A DNA stretch of 63,517 nt, filler included, from Octopus bimaculoides (lineage: Eukaryota), in NCBI RefSeq assembly GCF_001194135.2. It is 7 parts of 7 records of this genome, joined end to end, with 100 filler letters (N's around TTAATTAATTAA, not from the genome) between each part and the next. Parts side by side here need not be neighbours in the genome. Positions count along the whole stretch, not along the records: positions 12,716 to 21,359 come from NC_068991.1; positions 21,460 to 37,079 come from NC_068985.1; 5 more parts are not named here. One strand, given 5' to 3'. Numbering within the stretch: the first letter of the stretch is position 1; each line of letters begins with the position of its first letter. This document shows, piece after piece, positions 12,716-26,201 of this stretch. Below the pieces are notes generated by a model. The model did no database searches. It saw only the letters and a program-made list of their open reading frames with translations, and was not told the DNA's origin. Position numbers and translations under genes: made by a program.

Positions 12716-14589
12716 ACACACCATCCTACCATAGATAAAAAAACACACACATACTCATATACACATGCCACACACGCACACATACAGACATAGGCATACA
12801 CATACATATGAACCATCACACACATACGTTTGCTTACACACACACACACACACATACCACAAGGTATTTAAAACAACACACCCACTCAGACAGAGAGACA
12901 CACACCCACTCAGACAGAGAGACACACAGAGAGACACTCACACAAAACACTCCCACGCACACACACAGATGCACACATACATACACACACATACGTACAC
13001 ACCCTCACACACACACACACCACAAAGACGATCAAAACAACACATACACACTCAGACAAAGAGATATACGCACAGTCTCACGTACACACACCTAACNNNN
13101 NNNNNNNNNNNNNNNNNNNNNNNNNNNNNNNNNNNNNNNNNNNNNNNNNNNNNNNNNNNNNNNNNNNNNNNNNNNNNNNNNNNNNNNNNNNNNNNNNNNN
13201 NNNNNNNNNNNNNNNNNNNNNNNNNNNNNNNNNNNNNNNNNNNNNNNNNNNNNNNNNNNNNNNNNNNNNNNNNNNNNNNNNNNNNNNNNNNNNNNNNNNN
13301 NNNNNNNNNNNNNNNNNNNNNNNNNNNNNNNNNNNNNNNNNNNNNNNNNNNNNNNNNNNNNNNNNNNNNNNNNNNNNNNNNNNNNNNNNNNNNNNNNNNN
13401 NNNNNNNNNNNNNNNNNNNNNNNNNNNNNNNNNNNNNNNNNNNNNNNNNNNNNNNNNNNNNNNNNNNNNNNNNNNNNNNNNNNNNNNNNNNNNNNNNNNN
13501 NNNNNNNNNNNNNNNNNNNNNNNNNNNNNNNNNNNNNNNNNNNNNNNNNNNNNNNNNNNNNNNNNNNNNNNNNNNNNNNNNNNNNNNNNNNNNNNNNNNN
13601 NNNNNNNNNNNNNNNNNNNNNNNNNNNNNNNNNNNNNNNNNNNNNNNNNNNNNNNNNNNNNNNNNNNNNNNNNNNNNNNNNNNNNNNNNNNNNNNNNNNN
13701 NNNNNNNNNNNNNNNNNNNNNNNNNNNNNNNNNNNNNNNNNNNNNNNNNNNNNNNNNNNNNNNNNNNNNNNNNNNNNNNNNNNNNNNNNNNNNNNNNNNN
13801 NNNNNNNNNNNNNNNNNNNNNNNNNNNNNNNNNNNNNNNNNNNNNNNNNNNNNNNNNNNNNNNNNNNNNNNNNNNNNNNNNNNNNNNNNNNNNNNNNNNN
13901 NNNNNNNNNNNNNNNNNNNNNNNNNNNNNNNNNNNNNNNNNNNNNNNNNNNNNNNNNNNNNNNNNNNNNNNNNNNNNNNNNNNNNNNNNNNNNNNNNNNN
14001 NNNNNNNNNNNNNNNNNNNNNNNNNNNNNNNNNNNNNNNNNNNNNNNNNNACAACCTGTGTGATCCATAGGGATCTTTGATATTAAAGTTGTAACCTTCT
14101 CATCAGGGAAAGCATGGGAATCATCTTAAACGTAAGACATTATGACCGATTATGAAAACAATAGATGGATAAGGTTATGACTTGATTCATTCATGGTCAG
14201 TGCACTGACCATGTAACATCTCTTTGTGAAAGAAACTATCATTTATTTCGAAACATATATGTAGGAATTAAAGGAACTTTCATCGACATGCGTTTTGCTC
14301 CATTTATTATTATCTATATATATATATATATCATTATATATGTGTGTGTAAATATATATATATATATATGTAAAAAATACTAAAATGGGACAAGAACGCA
14401 AAACATCCAGACAGTTAAGTGATACAAAAAAGGGACAACAAAACTATATATGTCAGTCCCAATAAGGGATTCATACTACTATTTAGCCCTAGGAATTATT
14501 ATATGTTTACAAGAGCTTGACGCACACACACACACACACACACATATATATGCATGTATGTATGTGTATGTGTGTGTGCATGTGTGTTT

Positions 14590-14760
14590 GTGTGTCTGTG
14601 TTTGTCCCCATCATCGCTTGACAACCGATATTGGTGTAACTTAGCGGTTTGGCAAAGCAGACTGATAGAATAAGGACAAGGCTTACAAAGAATAAGTCCT
14701 GGGGTGACTAAAGGTGGTGCTCCTGTATGGCCACAGTCAAATGACTGCAACAAAATAAAA
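14590..14760 (+). mobile_element. 3-prime half of bipartite SINE family B
   Basis: gtgtttgtcccc...cgcttgacaaccga...ttagcggtttggcaaa...aagaataagtcctgggg...ggccacagtcaaatgactg, following a TG/TA tract. Confidence 0.75.
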
Positions 14761-14787
14761 AAAAGAACAAAAAAATATATATATATA

Positions 14788-16055
14788 CAGGGGTTGGACA
14801 AAATAATGGAAGCATCATAGCATCATAATTTTGAAGTATCTATAAAACCGTCAAAAGCTTGTTTATTTTCATGCTTTTTAAAATTTATTATTAGTGTTGC
14901 TTAACATGTTTTGCTAAAATTGCTGTTTCTTTTCAGATATCATCAGAAAAAGGTAATTAAAATTCATTAAAATGACAGATCTATTGGATTTTCAAAGCAG
15001 TCAAATTGCTGGCGCTTGTGTGGCAGGCACTAGTGTGACGAAAACAGCCGAAATGTTTGGTGCATCAAGAAGTACTGTCTCAAAAGTAATGACAGCCTTT
15101 GAGAAAGTGGAAAAAACCTCCTTGTTTAAACAAAACTACGGAAGAAAACCAAAGCTTTCAAATAGGGACCACCGGACTCTTACACGAATTGGTAGAAAGG
15201 ATCACAAAAGTACAGCTCTCAAAATTACTGTAGAGCTTAATGACCACATTGACAACCCAGTTTCCACAAAAACTGTTTGCTAGGAGCTGCACAAAACCAG
15301 ATTTCATGGGAGGGCTGCAATTAGAAAACCACTATTTTCAAAAACAAATGTTGCAAAGCATTTAGAGTAGAGTAAAGACCTATAGAATTGGTCCCTAGAG
15401 CAGTGGAAGAATGTTATTTTCTCGGACGAGTCATCCTTTACCTTATTTCCAACCACCAGCTGAGTATACGTGTGGAGACAGCCAAAAGAAGCATTTGACC
15501 CAGACTGCCTTCTTCCAGCTGTTAACTATGGAGGAGGATCTGTGATGATCAGGGGGGCTATATCTTGGAAATCCACCAGCCCAATGGTTTCTTTTCATGG
15601 CAGAATTAATAGTCAAGACTATTTAAGCATTCTATCTGATTGAATTCATCCTATGGTTGCAGAACTGTTTCCAGAGGGAAATGCAATCTTTCAGGATGAT
15701 AATGCACTACTTCACACAGCTAAAGTTGTTACTGAATAGCACAAGGAACATTCTAATGAAGCTGAATTTTTTATCTGGCCACCACAGTCCCCAGATCTCA
15801 ATATTATTGATCATTTATAGTGCATTTTAGAAAAACAAGTAAGGAGTCAATATCCTCCACCATCATCACTACGAGAACTGGAGACTGTTTTAGCTGAAGA
15901 ATGGACAAAAATTTCTTTGGAAACAATTCAAACTTTGTACGAGTTCATACCTCGTAGAATTCAAGCTGTAATTACTGCCAAAGGTGGTACTACCGCATAT
16001 TGAAATAAATTTGTTAGAAATTTTAAAGCGTTCCCATTATTTTGTCCAACTCCTG
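14788..16055 (+). mobile_element. Full-length Tc1-like DNA transposon (1268 bp), TA TSD, ~25-bp TIRs
   Basis: TA|caggggttggacaaaataatggaa ... ttcccattattttgtccaactcctg|TA. Confidence 0.95.
14972..16003 (+). pseudogene. Tc1-like transposase pseudogene with DD36(E>D) spacing
   Basis: A single unshifted 344-codon frame with about 7 internal stops. Paired-like HTH (GTSVTKTAEMFGASRSTVSKV), GRKPK, VIFSDES, FQDDN and WPPQSPDLNIID are all present, with 36 residues between the second D and the last acidic residue. Confidence 0.9.
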
Positions 16056-16069
16056 TATATATATATATA

Positions 16070-16400
16070 TCATCATCATCATTTAACATCTGTTTTCCAT
16101 GCTAGCATGGGTTGGACTGTTCGATTGGGGTCTGGGAAGCCAGGAGGCTGCACCAGGCTCCAGTCTGATCTGGCAGTGTTTCTACACCTGGATGCCCTTC
16201 CTAATGCCAACCACTCTGTGAGTGTAGTGGGTGCTTTTTATGTGCCACCGGCACAGAGGCCACAGGAGGCTGGCAATGGCTACGATCAGTTGGTGCTTTT
16301 TATGTGCCACAGGCATGGAAGCCAGTCAAGGCAGCACTGGTATTGGCCACGTTTGGATGGTGCGTTTCACATACCACTGGCACAGGTATCACAACTACAA
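16070..16400 (-). mobile_element. SINE/short retroposon family D ((GAT)n tail)
   Basis: catcatcat...ttccatgctagcatgggttgg...ggatgcccttcctaatgccaaccactct. The family recurs at least 9 times in the window. Confidence 0.8.
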
Positions 16401-17050
16401 TTTCCATTTGATTTTCATTTTGATGTTGATGTACTGGAGTCAACAGGTCTCCTCAAGCACAGCAAGTTGCCTTACAATCCAAGGTACTTCTGAATGGGCT
16501 GGGGCTGGTTATGCAAAACTGGTATAGGATACAGCCATGAACTCACTTTATTTCNNNNNNNNNNNNNNNNNNNNNNNNNNNNNNNNNNNNNNNNNNNNNN
16601 NNNNNNNNNNNNNNNNNNNNNNNNNNNNNNNNNNNNNNNNNNNNNNNNNNNNNNNNNNNNNNNNNNNNNNNNNNNNNNNNNNNNNNNNNNNNNNNNNNNN
16701 NNNNNNNNNNNNNNNNNNNNNNNNNNNNNNNNNNNNNNNNNNNNNNNNNNNNNNNNNNNNNNNNNNNNNNNNNNNNNNNNNNNNNNNNNNNNNNNNNNNN
16801 NNNNNNNNNNNNNNNNNNNNNNNNNNNNNNNNNNNNNNNNNNNNNNNNNNNNNNNNNNNNNAAATGCGTTTTACTCCATTTACTAAATCTATATATTTAC
16901 TCAAGTACCCAAAATAACAAGGAGTTTCAACCTCATAAACAGGAGTTACACCACAGTCATTTTGTGATCTTTGCTACCCTGGTATCTATTAACCAATTTA
17001 TTTTGTCTGAGCTAATTATTAACTTAGAGAAAATAAATACATATAATAAA

Positions 17051-17085
<35 letters not shown>

Positions 17086-17086
17086 T

Positions 17087-17248
17087 ACGATGGGTTTCTT
17101 TCAGTTTCTGTCTACCAAATCCACTCACAAAGCTTTGGTCGGCCTGAGGCTATAGTAGAAGACATTTGCCCAAGGTGCCACGAAGTGGGAATGAACCTGA
17201 GACCATGTGGTTGGTAAACAAGCTACTTACCACACAGCCACTCCTGCA

Positions 17249-17250
<2 letters not shown>
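17087..17250 (-). mobile_element. 5-prime (tRNA-like) half of SINE family B
   Basis: Reverse complement of ...gtggtaagtagcttg...gtggcaccttgggcaa.tgtcttctactatagcctc.ggccgaccaaagc...gagtggatttggtagac.gaaactgaaagaa. Confidence 0.85.
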
Positions 17251-17286
<36 letters not shown>

Positions 17287-17439
17287 ATTTATATCTATAT
17301 TTGCAGCTGCAGTAATGCTTATATTTACAATGCTTACCTTACTATCACCCCCCAGTAGAGGCAACAATTTTAACTTGTTTGAATGATGACAGGTAAAAAG
17401 CAAGAGCAATTATGACATGTAATCACAGAAACTTTCTTT

Positions 17440-19270
17440 CCAGGTGCTGAATAACATCCTTCCTTCCCATGTTACCTCCCACATCCCTTTCCCAGTTTTC
17501 AAAGTTGACATCGTAAATGTAGGCACACTGAAATGAAGATCTAACAAGATTGCAGAGATATTTGAAAAAAGGCGTGTTGATATATGTTGCATCCAAGAGG
17601 TTATGTGGAGAAGAGCGTCGGTCAGGATCCTCACAGGTAAGACACATAGGTATAAAATCTTCTGGGAAGGTAACAGTGACGGAATAGGTAATGTGGGCAT
17701 ACTTCTTGCTGAGAAATGGGTGGATAAGGTTATAGAGGTAGTCAGAGTGTGTGATAGAGTACTTAAGCTCAGGCTAGTCTTGCAGAATAGTATAGTTACA
17801 ATTATATCTGTCTACGCCCCACAAGCGGGCCTACTAAATGAACAGAAGGACCACTTTAATGATACTCTGCAGGCTACCTTCAAGACAAGTGCCAATGATC
17901 TCATCTTTGTGGCTGGGGATTTCAATGGACATGCTAGGCAGCAGCCAGGTATCTTCCATGGTGTTCATGGAGGCCATGGAATCGGTTCCTGAAACAAAGA
18001 GGGAACAAGGCAACTGGAGTTCTGTGATGCAAATAACCTTTTGATCTGCAACACCAACTTCAGGAAACCAGCCGACCACCTGATAACCTACCAATTAGGT
18101 GACTCTGCTAGCCAGATAGGTTTCATTGTTGTTCCTAGATCTCTCAACGAGAGATATTCAGTAGCAACACTTTAAAGTAATGATTATTTGTCAACCTAAT
18201 GTGACAGTCCCGTTTGGGGCAGATGCAACTGTAGACCCTCCCTCATGAAGAATGTACCCCCCAGCATAGACTAGTCATTAGTGATTTTAGACTTCAGGCC
18301 AGAAGGATGTCAAGAAGCAGACCAATATGGAAAAGAAGGGTTTGGAAACTTAAGGACCCTTAATATAATATCAAATATTAGGGACATCCTAACTGAGAAA
18401 TTTGATGAGAGGGAGGAGCAGCTACAAACTTGTGACAAAGAGGGTAACTGGGAATTCCTGTGGGATAGCTTGCTGAGTGCCACAGACCAAATCTGTGGCT
18501 GGTGCAAAGCCCCTTCAAGACCTAGGGTAATGTGGTGGTGGAACAATACTGTAGACAGGGCCATTAGAGCAAAGAAACAGGCCTGGAAGAGTAGGGGCAG
18601 CAGGGAACTGTATCAGATAGCCAGAAGAGAAGCTAGAAGACAGGTATATCTAGCCAAGGAAGCAATAGAAAAGAAGAAATTTGCCTATGTTCAGCAAAGT
18701 GAGGACCAAAAAACTGAAGTATTTCAAATTACAAGACAGTGTGTCAGAGAAAATTGTGATGTCATAGGAGAGAAATATGTCCGCATGGACGATGGTGAAC
18801 TTGTATTTAATGATTCTGTAAAGAAAGAGGCTTGGAGATGCCATTATGAAGGACTGCTGAATGTTGAGAATGAATGGGAGGAGGAAGGTCTGCCAAATGT
18901 TGACGCAAATGAGGGACCAACTACCTGAATCGACAGTATTCTGGGAGATAAAGCAATTAAGGATATGAAGACAGGGCAAGCCCCCAGGAAACAGATTCCA
19001 TCAACTGCCAGGGGAAAGGTAGATTTAGTAGATAGAACCGGTATCTAGGCGACCAGGTTAGTAGCGGAGGTGGATGTTCTGAGAGCGTAGCTGTGAGAAT
19101 AAGATTAGGTTGAGCAAAGTTCAGAGAGGTCCCACCCCTGCTGGCAACAAAGGGCCTCTCTCTTAGGCTGAAAAGCAGACTGTTTGATGCCTGTGTGCGA
19201 ACAGCTATCCTGCATGGCAGTGAAACATGTGTAGGCTTGAGAGAAATGAAGCCAGTATGCAGAGGGTGAA
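17440..19270 (+). mobile_element. RTE-clade LINE relic: APE endonuclease, linker and post-RT region, with the RT core deleted
   Basis: VNVGTLK..VDICCIQEV..GVGILLAEKW..IISVYAPQ..AGDFNGH..TNFRK (APE domain), then WWWNNTVDRAI..KDMKTGQAP joined directly to RYLGDQVSSGGGCSESV..RLFDACVRTAILHGSET. Confidence 0.9.
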
Positions 19271-19454
19271 AGGGTTAACAAGAACAGGACAGTGAGAACA
19301 AGACAGTAAAAACAATAAAAACAGTAAAAACAAGACAGTGAGAACAAGACTGTAAAAACAAATGGTGAGGGCTGTTGAAAAATTGAGCCAAGATGATAGA
19401 AAATTATATATATATATACACACACACACAAATATATACCGTGACATATATATC

Positions 19455-20085
19455 ATCATTGTTCAATGTCCTCTTTCCATCCTGGTATAGGTCAGACAGT
19501 TTGATAGGAGCTGGCCAGGCAGGAGCCTGAGCCATGCTTCTGAGTGTATTTTGCCATGGTTTTCATGGCTGGATGTCCATCAACCACACCACAGAGTGGA
19601 CTCAGTGCATTTTATGTGGCACTCACACAGACGAGGTCAGTTTTGGTTTTACAGCTGGATTCCCTTCCAAATGCCAACCACTTTACAGTGTGGACTGGGT
19701 GCTTTTTAAGCAGCACCTGCATTGGTGGGGGTCACCAAGTGACTTTGCAAGACAAAGAGCCTTTGAGAGGGGAGGGGGCATTGGAAGACATGATCTTGTG
19801 TCAGATGATCAAAAATTAGAGTGTGAGGGTATTTGGCCCACGACCATAAGGTCAGAAGTTCCATATCCAGCAGCATGTTGTTTCCTTTGGCAAAACACTT
19901 TATTTCATGTTGCTACAGTTCACTCAGCTGGCAAAATCGAGAAGTACCTGTATTTCAAAGGTCCAGCCGTGTCAAATTGTGTCATTCTGAATCTTCCTGA
20001 GAACTGCATTAAGAGGATACGTGTCTGTTGAGTGCTCAGCAGGCTGTTCAGTAGATCGGACCAACTGGAATCCTTGTTGTAGTAA
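19455..20085. mobile_element. Degenerate family D (minus) followed by the family C body (plus)
   Basis: catcattgttcaatgtcc...ggctggatgtcc..., then ggcaaaacactttatttcatgttgct...attcaaaggtccagcc...gagtgctcagc...caactggaatcc. Confidence 0.6.
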
Positions 20086-20225
20086 CTCACAGAGGGCCAA
20101 TTATTTAGTTATATGATATACATGTATATGCAGCTGAAACGCGTGTAGGTCCAGGGAAGAATGTTATAAATAAATAAATGCATAATAAAATTATATATGT
20201 GGAAAATCAACATTCTCCTGACCTT

Positions 20226-20263
<38 letters not shown>

Positions 20264-20519
20264 AGAGTATCATAGTTCACTTGAAGCATTGTGTATTGTT
20301 TGTAAAAAATAATAAATAATAATAATGTGTTTTGAATGGCACAACAATGCACTATAACAACAACAATGGATTATAATAACTGATGTAATTTAATCATCCA
20401 TAGTCTGATAAATATTTCTGAATGTAAAAATTCCTTCTTCAGATATCACTAGGGATTGATCAATCTGTGTGCGTCTCTCTTCAGTATGTGTATGTAGGTC
20501 TATGTGAGAGTGTATGGGT

Positions 20520-21298
20520 GTGTGAGTGTATGTGTGATTGTCAATTACACTGATGTAAACTGGCTATGTGAAAGAGCTATACTGGCTCCATCTAATGAAA
20601 TGGTTGATAAACGCAATCATGGACTTCCTCAAAATTTAACAGATACATCAGAAATGATTTTTCAATCAATTCACACAACAGGCAATCAAGATCAGGCTGT
20701 TAAAATTTCTGAAGGCACTTAAACCCACTGGGATGCCACTGCCTAACTTAACACTAAAGCCAGATGCTCTCATTATGTTGCTTAGGAATCTTGACCCACC
20801 TCGCTTGTGTAATGGAACTCATTTAATTGTTACTTCCATGAAGCCCATGTCCTATAGGCAACAATCATAACAGGTAGTCACAAAGGAGAAAATGTCTTTA
20901 TTCCAAAAATTCCTCTCATACCTACAGGTGTTCCATTTGAATTTAAAAGACTCCAGTTTCCAGTTAAACTAAGTTTTAGTGTTTCAGTTAACAAATCTCA
21001 GGGTCAATCCCTCAAGGTAGTTGGACTTGATCTCTCTACTATATGCTTCTCCCACAGCCAACTCTATGTTGGTAGCTCACAAGTAGGAAGCAGCACCAAT
21101 TTATTCATTGTTTACCCTGAAGTGCTTCAAGATTGACAGATTTTCAGTTCTAACTTCTATTATCATTACAATTTAAATATTTTTTAATAAAATATAAATA
21201 TTTTGAAATAATTATGAAAAAAAAAATCTACATATTTATTGTTTACTAATATGAATAAGAACAACAGTAATCCAGGCAACGCCAGGTAATTCATTTAG
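20520..21298 (+). mobile_element. 3-prime end of an autonomous Helitron (PIF1-like helicase relic)
   Basis: WLCERAILAP..GMP..LTLK..LIMLLRNLDPPRLCNGT..FIPKIPLIP..FKRLQFPVKLSFSVSVNKSQGQSL..FSHSQLYVG. Ends with hairpin ccaggcaacgccagg and TTAG|T (a degenerate CTAG). Confidence 0.9.
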
Positions 21299-21312
21299 TA
21301 ATACACACACAG

Positions 21313-21359
<47 letters not shown>

Positions 21360-21459
21360 NNNNNNNNNNNNNNNNNNNNNNNNNNNNNNNNNNNNNNNNN
21401 NNNTTAATTAATTAANNNNNNNNNNNNNNNNNNNNNNNNNNNNNNNNNNNNNNNNNNNN
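21360..21459. other. Artificial scaffold join
   Basis: 44N-TTAATTAATTAA-44N. Confidence 0.95.
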
Positions 21460-21631
21460 GAAAAGCTCTACATTGTAATTTGTCCATTTTCTGTATTTAG
21501 CCCTTTGTGGCTATAATAAAAAGATATCTGTCTGTCTGTCTATCTGTCTATCTGTCTGTCTATCTGTCAGTCTGTCTATCTGTCTGTCGGTCTGTCTTCT
21601 GTGTTTTCAGCCTGCATGCCTGCCTATTTAC

Positions 21632-21682
<51 letters not shown>

Positions 21683-22412
21683 CACATACATATAAAGATG
21701 TATTTATATATGTATGTGTGTGCGCGCGCGCGTATCTGTATGTGTGTGTGCATGTATTTACCTACATACCTAGTGCTCAAATATTCTCACGGATACTCCT
21801 TCTCGTTTCCTATATCTGCTTCTCTCTCTCTCTCTAACTCTCTCTCTCTCTCTCTCTATCTTTCTCTCTATGTATCTATCTATCTATCTATCTATCTACC
21901 TATCTACCAACTTGCCTATCAGTCTAACGGTCTGTCTCCCTGTTCACATACCTCTCTACCTGCCAAGCTCTCCACCTGCCTATCTCAAGAACTTTACTAA
22001 TTAATACATGACAAGCTGAGAATTATGTAAAATTTTAATAGCATTTATGATTGATAAGGCTGAGAAGGACAAAGAACACCGGCTTAGAATTAAACTCAAG
22101 GGGATAGGGGATAGAAACAGGCATAGGTTAAATACATGAATGCAGCTGGTGATGGTGGTTGTGGTGGTGGTGGTGGCGCAGGCGAAAGTGAGGCTGGGGA
22201 TGGGTTCAGAAAATGGGATGGGGTATTTTACCTTAATGAGATCAAATTATGACAGGTCAAATTCTAGCCGAAAGCTAAGAAGTTTATGACCGGTTTCAAC
22301 ATGTTCTGAATTGACATCTCTCTCTATATATATTTGTGCCTGTACCTTTGTTTTGTGTGTGTGTGTTTGTGTGTGTGTGTNNNNNNNNNNATTTGTGCCT
22401 GTACCTTTGTTT

Positions 22413-22445
<33 letters not shown>

Positions 22446-23870
22446 GTGTATGTGTGTGTATGCGCGGGTGTGAGAACGCACACTTATGCGAGTGCATGAG
22501 TGTGTGTGTTTGTGCGTGTTTGTGTTTGTGTGTGTGTTTGTGTGCGTGTGCGGTTGTGCGAACGTATGGCTATGCGAGCGCTTGTGTGTGTATATGTGTG
22601 CATATATATATGTATGGTTGTGTATATAGAAACGTATATATATTGGGAGACACATGTATATGTGTATAAATACGTATATACATACGCACATACATATATA
22701 CATACGCACATACATACATACATACAAACATACATATATGTACGTGTATATATCCACATATATATATATATATTCATATATATATTTGTATCGATATATA
22801 TATGTATATATATACATATACATGTATGCGCATATATATATATATGTGTGTGTGTATGTGTGTGTGTGTGTGTCAGTATATATATATATATATATATATA
22901 TATANNNNNNNNNNNNNNNNNNNNNNNNNNNNNNNNNNNNNNNNNNNNNNNNNNNNNNNNNNNNNNNNNNNNNNNNNNNNNNNNNNNNNNNNNNNNNNNN
23001 NNNNNNNNNNNNNNNNNNNNNNNNNNNNNNNNNNNNNNNNNNNNNNNNNNNNNNNNNNNNNNNNNNNNNNNNNNNNNNNNNNNNNNNNNNNNNNNNNNNN
23101 NNNNNNNNNNNNNNNNNNNNNNNNNNNNNNNNNNNNNNNNNNNNNNNNNNNNNNNNNNNNNNNNNNNNNNNNNNNNNNNNNNNNNNNNNNNNNNNNNNNN
23201 NNNNNNNNNNNNNNNNNNNNNNNNNNNNNNNNNNNNNNNNNNNNNNNNNNNNNNNNNNNNNNNNNNNNNNNNNNNNNNNNNNNNNNNNNNNNNNNNNNNN
23301 NNNNNNNNNNNNNNNNNNNNNNNNNNNNNNNNNNNNNNNNNNNNNNNNNNNNNNNNNNNNNNNNNNNNNNNNNNNNNNNNNNNNNNNNNNNNNNNNNNNN
23401 NNNNNNNNNNNNNNNNNNNNNNNNNNNNNNNNNNNNNNNNNNNNNNNNNNNNNNNNNNNNNNNNNNNNNNNNNNNNNNNNNNNNNNNNNNNNNNNNNNNN
23501 NNNNNNNNNNNNNNNNNNNNNNNNNNNNNNNNNNNNNNNNNNNNNNNNNNNNNNNNNNNNNNNNNNNNNNNNNNNNNNNNNNNNNNNNNNNNNNNNNNNN
23601 NNNNNNNNNNNNNNNNNNNNNNNNNNNNNNNNNNNNNNNNNNNNNNNNNNNNNNNNNNNNNNNNNNNNNNNNNNNNNNNNNNNNNNNNNNNNNNNNNNNN
23701 NNNNNNNNNNNNNNNNNNNNNNNNNNNNNNNNNNNNNNNNNNNNNNNNNNNNNNNNNNNNNNNNNNNNNNNNNNNNNNNNNNNNNNNNNNNNNNNNNNNN
23801 NNNNNNNNNNNNNNNNNNNNNNNNNNNNNNNNNNNNNNNNNNNNNNNNNNNNNNNNNNNNNNNNNNNNNN

Positions 23871-23954
<84 letters not shown>

Positions 23955-23961
<7 letters not shown>

Positions 23962-24850
23962 GTTGGTGTGACTCTGTGGTAAGAGGTTTGCTTCTCAACC
24001 ATATGGATAGAGGTCCAATCCCGGTGCGTGGCACCCTGGGCAAGTAAGCGCCTTCTGTTAGAGCCTCGGATAGACCGAAGCCTTATTAGTAGTTTCGGGC
24101 GAAGGAAAATGAAACAAGCCCGTCGTACACTTACATATACTGATATATATCTATATATATATATATATATATATAACATTTTTCTGACATAATTTAAATA
24201 TATACTTTAACCATGTAACACAAGCCTTCTGTAGTTTTTTCACTCTTATTATCTGTTATATATATATATATATATATAATTTCAATAGGGAGCAAATACT
24301 TCACGAGAAAAATAATTTGCGAAGATATTATTGACTCTGTTATTATCTAGTGTAACAATTTAAGGATGATTATAACTGAATCAATAATAAAGGCGATTGC
24401 AGGCACCAAAAACATATTAAATAGCTGAAAGATTAAAATTAATCAAAGGGCATACTAAGTACGTCCNNNNNNNNNNNNNNNNNNNNNNNNNNNNNNNNNN
24501 NNNNNNNNNNNNNNNNNNNNNNNNNNNNNNNNNNNNNNNNNNNNNNNNNNNNNNNNNNNNNNNNNNNNNNNNNNNNNNNNNNATATATATATATATATAT
24601 ATATATATATACGTGTGTGTGTGAGTGTTTTCTGTTTATGTTTGTCCCCCTACTACTGCTTGATAACAGGCGTTATGTGTTTACGTCCCTGTAAATTAGC
24701 GGTTTGGCAAGAGGCACCAATGGAATAAGTACCAGGTTGAAAACAAATACTGCGGTTGATTGATTCGACTAAATTTCTTCTAGGCAGTGCCCCACCATGG
24801 CCGCAGGAGTAATGACTGAAATAAGTGAAAGATAACAGATGAAAGATATA
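23955..24850 (+). mobile_element. Bipartite SINE family B (head 23955-24125, internal TA tract, insert and gap, tail 24620-24850)
   Basis: Both halves are collinear and in the same orientation. Confidence 0.7.
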
Positions 24851-25300
24851 TTGCACGCATTGGTTTAGAGGCAATTACCATTTCGGCGTATCATAACGTG
24901 ATTGCATAACATAATCAACAGGAACGCAGGAACTCAACAGGTCACGTTTTGCTCTCTTAGGAAGGAAGACTAACAGTCTCTTTTCCCGCCTTTCCCTCTC
25001 TCTTTCACTACACACACACGCACACACACACACACACACACACGCGCACACACACACACACACAGACACGCGCACACGCACGCACACACACACACACACA
25101 CACACACATGCTTGTGTGTGACTGCATGTAAATATGTATGTATATATATATTTACGCGCATGTATACGCTTGTTTCAATGTCGTTAGGCGTTTGCTTCTA
25201 GCTCTCTGTGTATATACATAAAAACGCACGCGCACACTCAAACACACACACACATACACACACAGGTATGTGTATATGTAGTTTTATATATATATGTATG

Positions 25301-25331
<31 letters not shown>

Positions 25332-25484
25332 GCAGTTATGTATGTATGTATGTATACACATACATACATGCACCCACATATATATTGTCTGTATGTGTTA
25401 TTTGTATATATCTGATATCCATCTATCTACCTACCTATTTATCTATATGTGTGAGGAGAATGTGTGTGAATGTGTATGAGTTTG

Positions 25485-25523
<39 letters not shown>

Positions 25524-25874
25524 GCTTGTGTACATGAGTGTGAATGTGGGACTTTGCATGCGTGTGTGTGTGTGTGTGTGTGTGTGTGATTGTGTGTGTG
25601 TTTGTGTTTGTGTGTGTGTGTGTGCATATATTTCTATACAAATGTTGACTCAATAGATCGTCTCAAGCTAACATCAGGTGTTATATGTTGAGTGGATAAT
25701 GATTATTGGAATCGATTTCATGGAACGTTCCTTGCATTTACCTCCCACACCACCACCACCACCACCACCACCATCACCACCACCACCACAAGCACTACAT
25801 CCGTGTGCATGTGTGAGAAAACAATATTAAGAATACGACAATTAGTAGTTTTAACCAGAACGGCCAGATCAACT

Positions 25875-26094
25875 CGTTGATCCGTACACCTCTGAAGAAA
25901 GTCGAACGTTTCACTTATCTCGGAAGAGATATCTTATGCATCGCAAAAGATGTGTCAATCGAGACAGCAAAAGCATGATGTGCACTGGATAAACGAAGTA
26001 TAATTTGGAAGTCTACACTGCCTGACTAGAAGAAAACGGAATTCTTGAATGCCATATTAGAATCAGTTTTTCTTTACAGTTCATCAGCATAGGC
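25875..26094 (+). mobile_element. RTE LINE fragment (post-RT region)
   Basis: PLKKVERFTYLG..KDVSIETAKA*CALDK..IIWKSTLPD..FLNAILESVFLY, compared with the RTE motif FKYLGS...AKAW.AL.KL..IWKS.L...ESVLLYG. Confidence 0.7.
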
Positions 26095-26165
26095 CAGTGG
26101 TTCCCAAGCCTTTTAATTAATTGAGATTCCCTACGGACCCCTTTCAATATGCCTATCCTTATGTT

Positions 26166-26201
<36 letters not shown>

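Noticed and set aside
22332-22440. ~50-bp direct repeat
   Set aside because: It flanks a 10-N gap and is probably an unmerged contig overlap. The flanks of the gap at 11609-11715 are similar.
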